Of a stretch of 64,000 nt of DNA, positions 39,944 to 49,810 are shown one piece after another. Under the pieces are notes generated by a model. The model searched no databases. It saw only the letters and a list, made by a program, of their open reading frames with translations, and had not been told where the DNA came from. The DNA comes from an uncultured Bacteroidota bacterium (GTDB taxonomy: Bacteria; Bacteroidota; Ignavibacteria; UBA10030; UBA6906), in assembly GCA_963700635.1 (NCBI GenBank), contig CAVOYH010000003.1:704001-768000 (forward strand), in the 5' to 3' direction. Numbering within the stretch: the first letter of the stretch is position 1; every line of letters begins with the position of its first letter. A program made the translations under genes and the position numbers.

Positions 39944-40777
39944 ATGTCCCCGGCACTTTCGCTCATCATCGCAGTCTATAATAAGCCTTCCATCCTGGAA
40001 TGTGTTCTCGCGGCGTGTGCTCGCCAGTCATTCAAGGATTTTGAAGTGCTTGTGGCTGATGATGGTTCAGGGCCGGAAATTGCAGACGTCATTCGCACTG
40101 CCCGATCATATGCTCCTTTCCCCATCATCCACCTCTGGCATGAGGATCTGGGCTGGCGAAAGAACACGATGCTGAACAACGCCGTGCGCGCTGCCCGATC
40201 GGAATATCTGGTGTTTATCGACGGGGATTGTATCCCCTCCCGCCATTTCCTGAAGGACCACCACCACGAGCGAGAACAGGACCGGGTGCTTCTTGGCCGG
40301 CGCGTGGAAACAAGCCCACGGTGGTCTGCGTCGCTCACGTTAGAGACAATCCACTCGGGAAAATTTGAAACAATGGGATGGTCGGAGTGGGTGGACGGGA
40401 TACGGGGGAAATCTCTCCGTGTTGAAGATGGAATCCGCATCCCATTCCGGTTTCTGCGACGGATACTCCTGCGTAACGTGCGCGGAATGCTCGGATCCAA
40501 TTTTTCCGTCTGGAAACGGGATCTCATCGCTATCAACGGCTTCGATGAACTGTACAACGGGCCCGGTTGCGGGGAAGATTCCGATGTGCAGTTCCGACTC
40601 TCCCTCATTGGTGTGACCGGAAAATCGTTGCGTAATATGGCGGTTCAATATCACGTCCATCATCCCCTGACCGGCGTATCGGATGCTTGCTGGGACCGGT
40701 TTCAGGACGTGCAACAAAAAAGGGAGCCGCGATGCCACTTCGGGCTCGAACAGCTCCCCTCAGAAAATCTTTCCTGA
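39944..40777 (+). CDS. Family 2 glycosyltransferase
   Basis: IIAVYN, ADDGS, FIDGDC, NGFDE, GEDSD. Confidence 0.9.
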   Translation: MSPALSLIIAVYNKPSILECVLAACARQSFKDFEVLVADDGSGPEIADVIRTARSYAPFPIIHLWHEDLGWRKNTMLNNAVRAARSEYLVFIDGDCIPSRHFLKDHHHEREQDRVLLGRRVETSPRWSASLTLETIHSGKFETMGWSEWVDGIRGKSLRVEDGIRIPFRFLRRILLRNVRGMLGSNFSVWKRDLIAINGFDELYNGPGCGEDSDVQFRLSLIGVTGKSLRNMAVQYHVHHPLTGVSDACWDRFQDVQQKREPRCHFGLEQLPSENLS

Positions 40778-40835
40778 TATCGTCGCGCTGAAGTTCTGGC
40801 GCTCCGGCGGAAATCTCTCCGCCGCAGTCTTGTGT

Positions 40836-41597
40836 TTACCGTTCCCCCATCTTTTGCGGATCAACCTTCTTAAATCCCGCCGGAATCTCAAAATCCGAAC
40901 GTGAAGTTGCTGTCGGCTCGATCTTCGTGACCACGGTCTTTATTCCTGCCGTTACCGATTCCATAGGGAACCCGTCAATATTCTCCATCGCCGTTGCCAG
41001 ATCCCCTCCCATGGCGGGGTTCATAGACGTCATACGGTTGGAGAATGCCTTCAGGTCATTGCGCATGGCTTCAAAACCCCTGATATCCTTTGTGACCCAC
41101 ATGTCAGCGATTTCTTCCGTATCTCTCATGATCTTGTACCGGGTGCAGGCAAATCCGCCGACCTTTTTTGTTTCACCGCTCTTTTTTACAACAGCCTTGG
41201 GTCCTTTTTTCCCTGCGGATTTCCCGAGCATTTTCTCCATCATCTGACGTTGCTCCGCGGGCATGTCTTTCATCTGTTCGAGCGCCTGTTCCAATTGCGC
41301 GTTTGCCTGCTTCATCCCCTTCTCCATTTCGGCAAACGTCATCATGGAGTAGGTCTTGTTGTTCTGTTTCACCATGTACAACTTTTCCTGGTCCAGGCGG
41401 AGAATGACATATTCCGCTTCGCTGCCGGTCTGAATTTTCAGCATTTTCGGCATGTACCAGGTCTTCATCACTTCTGTTCTTTCCATCTTTTCGCTGGTGA
41501 CCTTGCTTTCCCAATACATGCCCTGTGTCCAGGCGCCGGCCACAGAAACTGCAAGAAGCAGGAGGATAACGGCCGTACATGTTCCGAAGTGTTTCAT
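40836..41597 (-). CDS. Secreted DUF4412-like protein
   Basis: Signal peptide; GETKKVGGFACTRY, WVTKD, C-terminal FEIPAGFKK. Confidence 0.7.
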   Translation of the reverse strand: MKHFGTCTAVILLLLAVSVAGAWTQGMYWESKVTSEKMERTEVMKTWYMPKMLKIQTGSEAEYVILRLDQEKLYMVKQNNKTYSMMTFAEMEKGMKQANAQLEQALEQMKDMPAEQRQMMEKMLGKSAGKKGPKAVVKKSGETKKVGGFACTRYKIMRDTEEIADMWVTKDIRGFEAMRNDLKAFSNRMTSMNPAMGGDLATAMENIDGFPMESVTAGIKTVVTKIEPTATSRSDFEIPAGFKKVDPQKMGER

Positions 41598-41636
41598 GAG
41601 AGAGGTTCTCCACTATAGTGTACGATATGTGTGCTG

Positions 41637-42533
41637 TTACGCTGGCTCAAGCGGCCTCACCACCATGATGCCCGTGTGGGAAGGAATGCCCGCGACATAC
41701 TCCGCAAGGGGCCCCGACGATATCAGGACTTTTTTTCCTGATAAGGACGCGTGCATGAACCGTGCAACACTTCCAAGCCGGAGGACCATACCGGTGTGCG
41801 AAACGTCCATGCCGACCATCGTCGTGGTGGTCCCGATAATATCACCGCTTTGCAGACGATTCTGGATTCCACCGATATGATCCGATGGAATATGATAGTG
41901 CGGCGAGCCGGAGAGCAACCTCTCCTCGCGCCTGATCTGTTGTACGAACTCCGCCCTGTCAAGTTGCCGGTACGATGTGCGGTGTGTCGTCATGAAGTTG
42001 ATGGTCTTTGTATAGGCGCTGCCCCCGAGCTCCCGGGTGATATCCTGAACAATTCCCTTCTGAATATTGTCCCTTATCCACGTCGAAAAATAGTGCAGCC
42101 GGCTGGGGTAGCCCTTGATGATTCCCCCGGTGTAGCGGATAGTGGTCAATTGCTTCTGGAAATCTTCAAAACCCCTCTTCCCGCTCTTGTGAGACCGGGC
42201 CAGGGCGAGCATATTTTCCACAAAGGTCAGACAGTCGAACTCCCTGAGGTTCACCACGAGTCGTTCCTCTCCCGGAGCTTCCAGCGTGTGGCCCTTGTAC
42301 GGCGTGCCTGTGAAGTGCTGACCGAATGCAGCAACCGCATGCCCGACCGGTCCGGAAGAGAATCCACGCATGTTCGCCAGCAGCATCGCTTCCAGGAAGA
42401 TCTCTTCATCTGACATGTCGGCCTGGAGCAGATTGCGTCCGGCGGCTCTCCCCAGAAAAGCGGCAGGCAGAAGGAGCGCCAGTTGACCGAGAAAAAAACG
42501 TCGTGTGGATCGAATGTCAGGGGACATATTCAT
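41637..42533 (-). CDS. DUF1460 / AmiA-like (NlpC/P60 fold) N-acetylmuramoyl-L-alanine amidase, Tat signal
   Basis: TRRFFL Tat motif; GTPYKGHTLE, VNLREFDCLTFVE, RLHYFSTW, DVSHTG, MHAS. Confidence 0.85.
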   Translation of the reverse strand: MNMSPDIRSTRRFFLGQLALLLPAAFLGRAAGRNLLQADMSDEEIFLEAMLLANMRGFSSGPVGHAVAAFGQHFTGTPYKGHTLEAPGEERLVVNLREFDCLTFVENMLALARSHKSGKRGFEDFQKQLTTIRYTGGIIKGYPSRLHYFSTWIRDNIQKGIVQDITRELGGSAYTKTINFMTTHRTSYRQLDRAEFVQQIRREERLLSGSPHYHIPSDHIGGIQNRLQSGDIIGTTTTMVGMDVSHTGMVLRLGSVARFMHASLSGKKVLISSGPLAEYVAGIPSHTGIMVVRPLEPA

Positions 42534-42541
42534 TGTGTTCG

Positions 42542-43978
42542 TCAGAACGATGGTTCTTCAAGCTGTGCCGGCATCTGGTGCAACCCTGGAAGCGCGAGGT
42601 TTTCAAACCGGGCATAACGGTGGACAAACGCAAGATTGATGTCGTCAATCGGTCCGTTTCGCTGTTTACCGACGATGATCTCTGCCCGACCCTGGACGTC
42701 CTGTGCCTTTTCTGATTTGGGATCAGTATACATCTCCGCGCGGTGTACGAAGGCAACAACGTCCGCATCCTGTTCGATAGCCCCGGACTCGCGGAGATCC
42801 GAAAGGATCGGTCTTTTGTCGGTGCGTCCCTCCACCGCGCGGCTTAACTGCGAGAGGGCAATAACCGGAAGTGTAAGTTCTTTGGCAAGCGCCTTCAGAG
42901 AGCGGGAGATCGCCGAGATTTCTTTCTCGCGGTTCTCGGCACCTCTGGGTCCCTGCATCAACTGCAGGTAATCTACGATGATGAGACCGGCATTATGTTC
43001 TGCCTTCAAGCGGCGCGCTTTGGCGCGGAGTTCAAGAATTCCGAGGCTTGCGGTGTCATCGATAAACACGTTTGCCTTTGCGAGACGCCCCGCGGCCAGA
43101 CTCAGGCGTGTCCATTCCTCATCGGGCAGGCGGCCGGTACGGACGGCGTGCGCATCGACACGAGCCTCGGCGCAGAGTAACCGCATGATGAGCTGCTGGG
43201 TCGACATTTCAAGCGAGAAAATGCCCACCGTTGTCGCTTTGCTTTTGTGGAGCGCAGCATTTGATGCAAGAGAGAGCGCAAACGCAGTCTTCCCGGAGCT
43301 GGGCCGCCCTGCCACAATAATAAGATCGGAGTTCTGCCAGCCACCAGTCAGGGTATCAAGATCACGGAACCCTGTCGGTACGCCGGTGACCCCTTCGTTC
43401 TTGCCGTGGATACTCTCGAGCATTTCAAGTGTGCTATGGAGGGCGCTGTCCATCGACACAAAACTCTTTTTCAGCCGCCATTCTGAAATCTTAAAGATGG
43501 ATTGCTCTGCATCGTCGAGCAGATCGAACGCATCTTCAGCCGGACTAAACGCGCGAGAAGCAATCTTCGAGCTTTCCGAAATCAGTTTCCGAAGGATCGC
43601 CTTCTCCAGCACGATACGTGCGTGATACTCCACGTTCGCTGCACTGCTGACTTTCATCGTCAGCTCAACGAGATACGATTGTCCGCCTGCGCTTTCCAGC
43701 TGGCCCCGGCGCCGGAGTTCCTCGGCAATCGTGATGCTGTCCGAAGGTTCCCCCCGCTCAAACAGCGCCACAATGGCCTGGAAGATTTTCCGGTTCCGCT
43801 CGGCATGGAATGCATCTTCATCCAGAACCTCAATGGCCTTTGAAATCGCTTCCTTCTCGAGCAACATGGCACCGATGATCTGCTCCTCGATATCCACGGC
43901 ATGAGGCGGCATACGCCCTTCTGCCTGAGTCCGATCGGGCACCAGATCAATGCCTCCTTGCTGCGGCCGATCAGCCAT
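42542..43978 (-). CDS. dnaB: Replicative DNA helicase
   Basis: PPHA...E, GRPSSGKT, FSLEM, DYLQLM, SQLSR, SDLRESGAIEQDAD, KQRNGP. No intein. Confidence 0.97.
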   Translation of the reverse strand: MADRPQQGGIDLVPDRTQAEGRMPPHAVDIEEQIIGAMLLEKEAISKAIEVLDEDAFHAERNRKIFQAIVALFERGEPSDSITIAEELRRRGQLESAGGQSYLVELTMKVSSAANVEYHARIVLEKAILRKLISESSKIASRAFSPAEDAFDLLDDAEQSIFKISEWRLKKSFVSMDSALHSTLEMLESIHGKNEGVTGVPTGFRDLDTLTGGWQNSDLIIVAGRPSSGKTAFALSLASNAALHKSKATTVGIFSLEMSTQQLIMRLLCAEARVDAHAVRTGRLPDEEWTRLSLAAGRLAKANVFIDDTASLGILELRAKARRLKAEHNAGLIIVDYLQLMQGPRGAENREKEISAISRSLKALAKELTLPVIALSQLSRAVEGRTDKRPILSDLRESGAIEQDADVVAFVHRAEMYTDPKSEKAQDVQGRAEIIVGKQRNGPIDDINLAFVHRYARFENLALPGLHQMPAQLEEPSF

Positions 43979-44750
43979 GCTGTGCTCCTTCCGTTCCATC
44001 GTTCCCGTTGTGTTCGGTCAGGAATTTCTGCACCGCCTGAAAATCTTCCCACGCCGGACGTTTCCAGTTGGGGTTTCGCAGTAATGCCGCCGGATGATAT
44101 GTCACGATCATGGGAATGCCTGCGAATGCCATGATGCGGCCGCGGAGGCGGCCAAGACTCTCCGTTGTCCCGAGCAGAGTATGGGCTGCTGTCAGACCCA
44201 GACACACGATTAATCTCGGTTTTACAAGTTCAATCTGCTTTCGTAGATACGGGAGACACTGCTCCACCTCTTCGGGAACCGGCGTGCGGTTCTTGGGCGG
44301 ACGGCACTTCAGGATATTGGCGATATACACATCCTCGCGTCGCAACGTAATGGCTTCCAGAATTTTGTTCAGGAGTTGCCCGGCTCTGCCGACAAAAGGC
44401 TCACCCTGCGCGTCTTCGTCTGCGCCCGGCGCCTCACCAACGAACATCAGGGAGGCATGCGGATTGCCGACACCGAAGACAAACTTTGTGCGAGTTGCAC
44501 CCAGGGGACACTGAACGCAGGTGTTGATTTGTGCATCAAGGGAAGAGAGCGAGGCTGCACCGGACCAGGAGTCCTGAGGTGCAGACGGCGCAACACGTTC
44601 GGATCCGAACAGGTCCGGAGAATCTCCGGATTCCGGCCCGGGAACAGGATCGGTTTTTTTTGAGAGTGGACGTTCGAGCACGAGAAAGTCTCCAAACACT
44701 TCGCGTTCATCCTGCAACACGCGCTGCAGGGTCGTAAGTAGATCCGCCAT
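43971..44750 (-). CDS. Uracil-DNA glycosylase family 4
   Basis: [39 protein letters not shown]. Confidence 0.93.
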   Translation of the reverse strand: MADLLTTLQRVLQDEREVFGDFLVLERPLSKKTDPVPGPESGDSPDLFGSERVAPSAPQDSWSGAASLSSLDAQINTCVQCPLGATRTKFVFGVGNPHASLMFVGEAPGADEDAQGEPFVGRAGQLLNKILEAITLRREDVYIANILKCRPPKNRTPVPEEVEQCLPYLRKQIELVKPRLIVCLGLTAAHTLLGTTESLGRLRGRIMAFAGIPMIVTYHPAALLRNPNWKRPAWEDFQAVQKFLTEHNGNDGTEGAQHG

Positions 44751-44767
44751 TCGGTATTCTCCCGGTC

Positions 44768-45994
44768 TTACCGGGTCGGGGATAAGAGGTGAACAACACG
44801 ATCCAGAATATGGTGCGCCACATTCAATTTCGAAAGGCGGGGGAGCGGTGTCGCGTTATCGTCACGATCAATCAACGTCACCACGTTGGTTTCCGCACCA
44901 AACGCAGCTCCTTCTACAAGCGGATCATTAAGAACAACAAGATCAAGCTGTTTTGATGCCCGTTTTGCGCGTGCGTGCTCGAGACCATTGTCTGTTTCGA
45001 GGGCGAAGCCCACAAGAATCTGTCGCGACCGCCGGTCTGCCGCCAAACGCAGAATATCAGGGTTCTTCTCACACGTGATTGTCAGATGGTCGCCATGTAC
45101 CGTTCCGCGTTTGATCTTTGATGGAGCGGCAGCGGCAGGAGCAAAATCGGCAACCGCAGCCGCCATAATCAGCACATCGCAGTCGCTAAAATGGCTCAAC
45201 ACGACGTCGGCCATTTCGCGGGCAGTAGAGACGTCGGTCCGCCGCACTCCGGCCGGTGTCGGCAAATGTACAGGTCCCGCGATGAGCGTCACGGAAGCCC
45301 CGCGTGTTGCCGCCGCCTGAGCCACGGCAAAACCCATTTTGCCGGACGACCGGTTGCCCAGGTAGCGGACCGGGTCGACAGGTTCCTGCGTCGGACCAGC
45401 CGATACAAGGATCCTTTTCCCCGCAAGGTCTTGTGATGACCCGGCCAAAATCCCCCGAACAGTATCCATGATCACCGAAGGATCGGGCAGGCGCCCCGGA
45501 CCGGAAAGACCGCTCGCGAGCTCGCCCGATTCCGGTTCGATGATGTGGATGCCCCGTTCACGGAGGAGTCTCAGATTGTTCTGCGTGGTGGTGTGCTGGT
45601 ACATATCCACGTCCATTGTCGGCGCGATCACCAGCGGCCCGCGGAGGGCGAGGACCAGAGACGTCAGGAAGTTGTCTGCCATCCCCACGGTGATCTTTGC
45701 AATCGTGTTTGCGGTCGCCGGGGCAATGAGCATCAAATCCGCCCACACGCCAAAATCGATGTGCTTCGTCCATTGCGAGGTGGGTTGACCGGGAGCAGAC
45801 GGAAACATCTCCACAACAACATCGCGGCGGGAGAGCGTTGCAAAGGTCAGGGGGGTAATAAATTGTGTCGCCGCGGGAGTCATCACCACCTGGACCTCGG
45901 CGCCTTCGCGCATAAGATCACGGACGAGTAATGCGCTTTTGTAGGCGGCGATGCCCCCGGAAATCCCCAGGAGGATATGCTTGCCCGTCAGCAT
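44768..45994 (-). CDS. coaBC: Bifunctional phosphopantothenoylcysteine decarboxylase/ligase
   Basis: GGIAAYK, APATANTIAK, GPTQEPVDPVRY.GNRSSGKMG, AAVADF, GFALET. Confidence 0.96.
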   Translation of the reverse strand: MLTGKHILLGISGGIAAYKSALLVRDLMREGAEVQVVMTPAATQFITPLTFATLSRRDVVVEMFPSAPGQPTSQWTKHIDFGVWADLMLIAPATANTIAKITVGMADNFLTSLVLALRGPLVIAPTMDVDMYQHTTTQNNLRLLRERGIHIIEPESGELASGLSGPGRLPDPSVIMDTVRGILAGSSQDLAGKRILVSAGPTQEPVDPVRYLGNRSSGKMGFAVAQAAATRGASVTLIAGPVHLPTPAGVRRTDVSTAREMADVVLSHFSDCDVLIMAAAVADFAPAAAAPSKIKRGTVHGDHLTITCEKNPDILRLAADRRSRQILVGFALETDNGLEHARAKRASKQLDLVVLNDPLVEGAAFGAETNVVTLIDRDDNATPLPRLSKLNVAHHILDRVVHLLSPTR

Positions 45995-46006
45995 GAACGT
46001 GCGCCC

Positions 46007-46357
46007 TTATTCCTCGTCTTCTTCTTCCTCTACCTCGTCATCCTCTTTAAGAACGACGATCGGCTCCTTCTCCTTGTAGCGCCACTGCAACGAATTGTCA
46101 AGCAGGTGGTCGAGTGCTGTATCTGCCGGTTTGGGACGTTTTTCAAACTCGATGCTGATTTTCAGCTGATCCGGGTTAATATCATTCTCCTCGGCTTCAG
46201 CTTCTGTTTTGGTGGTAATAAGTTCCACCCGCTGGTTAAACTCGATCTTGATTTCTTCGTTGATCTGCCGCGCCCGTTTTGATGTGGCCACGATGCACTC
46301 GTGCACATTCTTTCCGGACTGGTTGAAGATTTCAAGATCAATGGGTTTTAATGGCAT
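46007..46357 (-). CDS. rpoZ: RNA polymerase omega subunit (Bacteroidota type)
   Basis: NVHECIVATSKRARQIN...ISIEFEKRPKP; located between gmk and coaBC. Confidence 0.8.
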   Translation of the reverse strand: MPLKPIDLEIFNQSGKNVHECIVATSKRARQINEEIKIEFNQRVELITTKTEAEAEENDINPDQLKISIEFEKRPKPADTALDHLLDNSLQWRYKEKEPIVVLKEDDEVEEEEDEE

Positions 46358-46373
46358 CGGTACTGCCTCCACG

Positions 46374-46964
46374 CTATGGCGACTGTAAATGTTGTTCTAC
46401 TATTTTTTGTACTTCGTCGATCGCTTTTGTCAGGACATCATTCACTACCTGCCAGTCGAACAGAGGTGCCTGATCGAGTTCCATGGGCACGCGTTCAAGC
46501 CGGCGGCCCAGCGCTTCCGTATCCTCGGTAAGGCGCGCACGCAGACGCTGCTCGAGCACCGCTACGGAGGGCGGCCGGACAAAGATCAGACACGCTTCGG
46601 GATATGTGCGCTTGACGGACAACGCCCCCTTGACATCCACGTCAAACAGCAGGTTCTTTCCCTGCCGGACCGCAGCATCAACTTCGCTCTGCAGTGTACC
46701 GTAGAGATTGCCGTAAATTTCCTCCCACTCCACAAATTCTCCGAGGTCGACACGGCGACGGAATTCTTCCGGCTCGAGGAAAAAATAGTCCTCACCGTTC
46801 ACTTCTCCGCGTCGCATGGGTCGTGTCGTCGCCGAGACCGAAAACCGGAGTGATGAATTCCGCTTAAGTACTTCCCGCGCAATTGTTGTTTTCCCGGATC
46901 CGCTCGGAGCCGAAAGCACAATCAGTTTTCCGTTTCCGGATGATGTCGAAGATTCACCCGTCAT
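46374..46964 (-). CDS. gmk: Guanylate kinase
   Basis: APSGSGKTT, SATTR..R.GEVNGEDYFF, YGT, DVDVKGA. Confidence 0.96.
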   Translation of the reverse strand: MTGESSTSSGNGKLIVLSAPSGSGKTTIAREVLKRNSSLRFSVSATTRPMRRGEVNGEDYFFLEPEEFRRRVDLGEFVEWEEIYGNLYGTLQSEVDAAVRQGKNLLFDVDVKGALSVKRTYPEACLIFVRPPSVAVLEQRLRARLTEDTEALGRRLERVPMELDQAPLFDWQVVNDVLTKAIDEVQKIVEQHLQSP

Positions 46965-46967
46965 TCA

Positions 46968-47846
46968 CTACTCGATGTTCTGCAGCTGTTCCCGCACCCT
47001 CTCCAGTTCCTCCTTGATTCCCACTACCACATGCGCAATCTCGGGGGCACTGGACTTCGAACCGATCGTGTTGGCTTCCCGGTTGATTTCCTGCACGAGG
47101 AAGTTCAGCCGCCGACCGGGCGATTCGGCGCTCCCCAGGGCTTCGAGGAAAAACTTGTTGTGGCTCCGGAAACGTACACATTCCTCGGTCACATCAAGAC
47201 GATCGGCAAGGATGGCGACCTCAAGCTCAAGGCGTCCTTCGTCAACATGTTCTGTATCCAGTAGCTGCTGTATCCGTTCCTTGAGACGTTCACGTTCACG
47301 CGGAACCTGTGCCTTTGAGAGGCGCTCCACTTCCCGCAACCGTTCATCCAGAATCGTTATCCGTGCCCGGAAATCATTCTCCAGCTCGCGTCCTTCCTTC
47401 TGGCGCATCTGCTGAAGGTCCGTCACTGCAGCCTCGAGTGCCTTCCGCGTGAGTGCCCATTCAGCTTCATCCGCACCGGATTCTTCTTCTTGCTCCAGAA
47501 TTTCCGAAAACTTGAGCAGGTGTTCCAGACGCACCGGCTCGCGTAACTTCAACGCCTTCTTCAGGTCGTTAAGGAGCTTGTAATAGGCTCTGGCTGTCTC
47601 GGGATTGATGCGCAATGCCGCCGCTTCAGTTGCCCCCCGATCCAGGGTCACGGTCGCATTGATCTTCCCCCTGGAAATAGTCCGTCGGATTATTTCCTTA
47701 CAATCATTTTCCCTGAGGGAAAGCGAGCGTGGAAGCCGCAAGGCTATCTCAAGAAAACGGCTGTTTACACAGCGTAGTTCCACGCTGACGTGGTGAGTTC
47801 CGGATGAGGCCTCACCCCGTCCGAATCCGGTCATACTTGTGACCAT
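46968..47846 (-). CDS. yicC: YicC/YloC family endoribonuclease
   Basis: SMTGFG, VNSRFLE, RGKI, GRRLNFLVQEINREANTIGSK, REQLQNIE. Confidence 0.95.
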   Translation of the reverse strand: MVTSMTGFGRGEASSGTHHVSVELRCVNSRFLEIALRLPRSLSLRENDCKEIIRRTISRGKINATVTLDRGATEAAALRINPETARAYYKLLNDLKKALKLREPVRLEHLLKFSEILEQEEESGADEAEWALTRKALEAAVTDLQQMRQKEGRELENDFRARITILDERLREVERLSKAQVPRERERLKERIQQLLDTEHVDEGRLELEVAILADRLDVTEECVRFRSHNKFFLEALGSAESPGRRLNFLVQEINREANTIGSKSSAPEIAHVVVGIKEELERVREQLQNIE

Positions 47847-47935
47847 GTGTCCTAATCGAAATTGTGCCTAAGCCATTAAACCTACAAAAAAGTCAATGCA
47901 GTTGCAACCCACTCTGCATCAAACAGGATGCCAGA

Positions 47936-48008
47936 TTATCCACAATCTATCCACAGCAATTCAGCTAAATCATTGAAAATCAAGGGTTTTTGAGTATATT
48001 GTGGATAA
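47936..48008. promoter_or_regulatory. Cluster of DnaA boxes with IHF-like site
   Basis: TTATCCACA (47936-44), CTATCCACA (47947-55) and TGTGGATAA (48000-08) in an AT-rich intergenic region. Confidence 0.7.
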
Positions 48009-48013
48009 CAATT

Positions 48014-49810
48014 ATGCATGCTTCGCACCACACGCTCTCCCTTCTGGTGGCCGATCTTTCCCGGCGATTCGAGGGAGCCCTCATTGACAGCATATTCTCG
48101 CAGGAACGGGACGAACTGATCGTAACTTTTGCCGATCGCCCGGAATGCCTTTTTATAAGTTGTTCTTCAAACCTCCCCATGGTGTTTCTCTATGACTCGT
48201 TTGTGCGTGCAAGACGTAATTCCGTGGACCTGCTCACTGCCGCAGGCGGCACGTACATCGCAGGAGTCGCAGTGCATCCCTCCGACAGAATTCTCACATT
48301 CCGCCTTTCTTCTGGAAGTGTTCTGGAAATCAGGCTGTTCGGGATGCGATCCAATGTATACCTTCTCGACAACAAGCGAATCGTGATCGACGCATTCAAA
48401 CGGGGGCGCGCAACCGTCGGGACACCGCTCACTCAACCGCTTCCCGTCGAGCATCCGACTCTAACCCAGCAGGTACAACATCTCACAAGCGCAGGCACAA
48501 CGTTCCCCATCACCTCAACAGCCCGTGAGACCCCTGAGGGTATGGCCAGGCATACCATTCCATCCGGCCCATCCCCGACGGCGGCCCTGCCTGTGGAACA
48601 ATCCGGGAAACCTGCAACGACCATTCAAGCCGCACTCAAGAACACTCTTCCGATTGTTTCACAGACAGTCGTACGCGAACTTGTACACCGGGCCGGCCTT
48701 TCATCCGGCGCGCTCATCCGTGACATAGGCCCGGAGCAATGGTCGGCTCTCTTTGCTGCCGCGCTGCAGATTGAACGGGAACTTATGAACCCCCGCCCCA
48801 TTGTGGTATCAACTCTGACTGGTCTTCCACTTCGTTTTTCCACGATACCGTTGCACCATCTCCCTGAAACCAGGGAAACGGCGCACCCCGACATCCACAC
48901 AGGTCTCCGAGAGTTCTATGTTCAAAGGCGATCCGCGGAGGCCTTTCAGGGCGAGCAACAGCAGCTCCGGGATCGCCTGCGACGCCGGATCGAGAAGGTG
49001 GAACGCACCTGTGAGGCAATCCGCACGGACGTGGCAGAAACTGACCGGGCCCGCACATATCGCGAGTTTGGTGCCCGCCTTATGGAGCACCTCGGAACGA
49101 TCACCAAAGGTGTCACGACATGGACGTGGACTGACGGGGAATCGTCATTGGAAATCCCGCTGATTCCCTCACTGACGCCGGTACAGAATGCACAACGATA
49201 TTTTGAAAAAGCGAAGAGCGCTGAACGATCGCGACTCCTGACAGAAGACCGCCTTCGTGCGTACGGCGCGATCTTAACGCGCGCGCGAAACCTCCTGTCT
49301 GAACTCGAGTCCATTTCCACCCGTTTTGCTTTGAGGGCATTCATGAAACAGCAGAAAGAACCACTGCGGTCCGTCGGGGCTTCAGAATCCGAGCAGGACA
49401 AGGAACGCGCTCCATTCCGCGTCTTTGTTGTTCACGGCGGATTTGAAGTGTGGGCCGGAAAGAGCAGCATCAACAACGATGATCTGACCATGCACCATAC
49501 GCGCCCCGAGGATCTGTGGTTTCATGCCCGCGGCGCGTCCGGCTCACATGTTATCCTGAAGATTTCTTCAGCCCCGGGAGAACCCGGCAAACGTGCACGA
49601 CAGGAGGCTGCGGCCATCGCGGCGTATTACAGTAAGATGCGCAAGGCCAGAATCGTCCCGGTGGCCATGACCCGTCGCAAGTATGTCCACAAACCCAGGG
49701 GGGCGCCGCCGGGTACCGTCGTCATCACACGCGAAGAAGTTTTGATGGCCACTCCAGGTCTGCCAAAAGTGCCTGCTCATACAATGAAAGAGGAAAATCC
49801 CGATGCGTAA
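48014..49810 (+). CDS. rqcH: NFACT/RqcH (FbpA-like) ribosome quality control protein
   Basis: HPSDRIL, PVQNAQRYFEKAK, GKSSINND.LT, LWFHARGASGSHV, AAYYSK, KPRGAPPG. Confidence 0.85.
   Translation: MHASHHTLSLLVADLSRRFEGALIDSIFSQERDELIVTFADRPECLFISCSSNLPMVFLYDSFVRARRNSVDLLTAAGGTYIAGVAVHPSDRILTFRLSSGSVLEIRLFGMRSNVYLLDNKRIVIDAFKRGRATVGTPLTQPLPVEHPTLTQQVQHLTSAGTTFPITSTARETPEGMARHTIPSGPSPTAALPVEQSGKPATTIQAALKNTLPIVSQTVVRELVHRAGLSSGALIRDIGPEQWSALFAAALQIERELMNPRPIVVSTLTGLPLRFSTIPLHHLPETRETAHPDIHTGLREFYVQRRSAEAFQGEQQQLRDRLRRRIEKVERTCEAIRTDVAETDRARTYREFGARLMEHLGTITKGVTTWTWTDGESSLEIPLIPSLTPVQNAQRYFEKAKSAERSRLLTEDRLRAYGAILTRARNLLSELESISTRFALRAFMKQQKEPLRSVGASESEQDKERAPFRVFVVHGGFEVWAGKSSINNDDLTMHHTRPEDLWFHARGASGSHVILKISSAPGEPGKRARQEAAAIAAYYSKMRKARIVPVAMTRRKYVHKPRGAPPGTVVITREEVLMATPGLPKVPAHTMKEENPDA

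Noticed and set aside
42542-43978. Possible intein in DnaB (and in GyrA/GyrB)
   Set aside because: Protein lengths and motif spacing are normal, with no intein-sized insertion.
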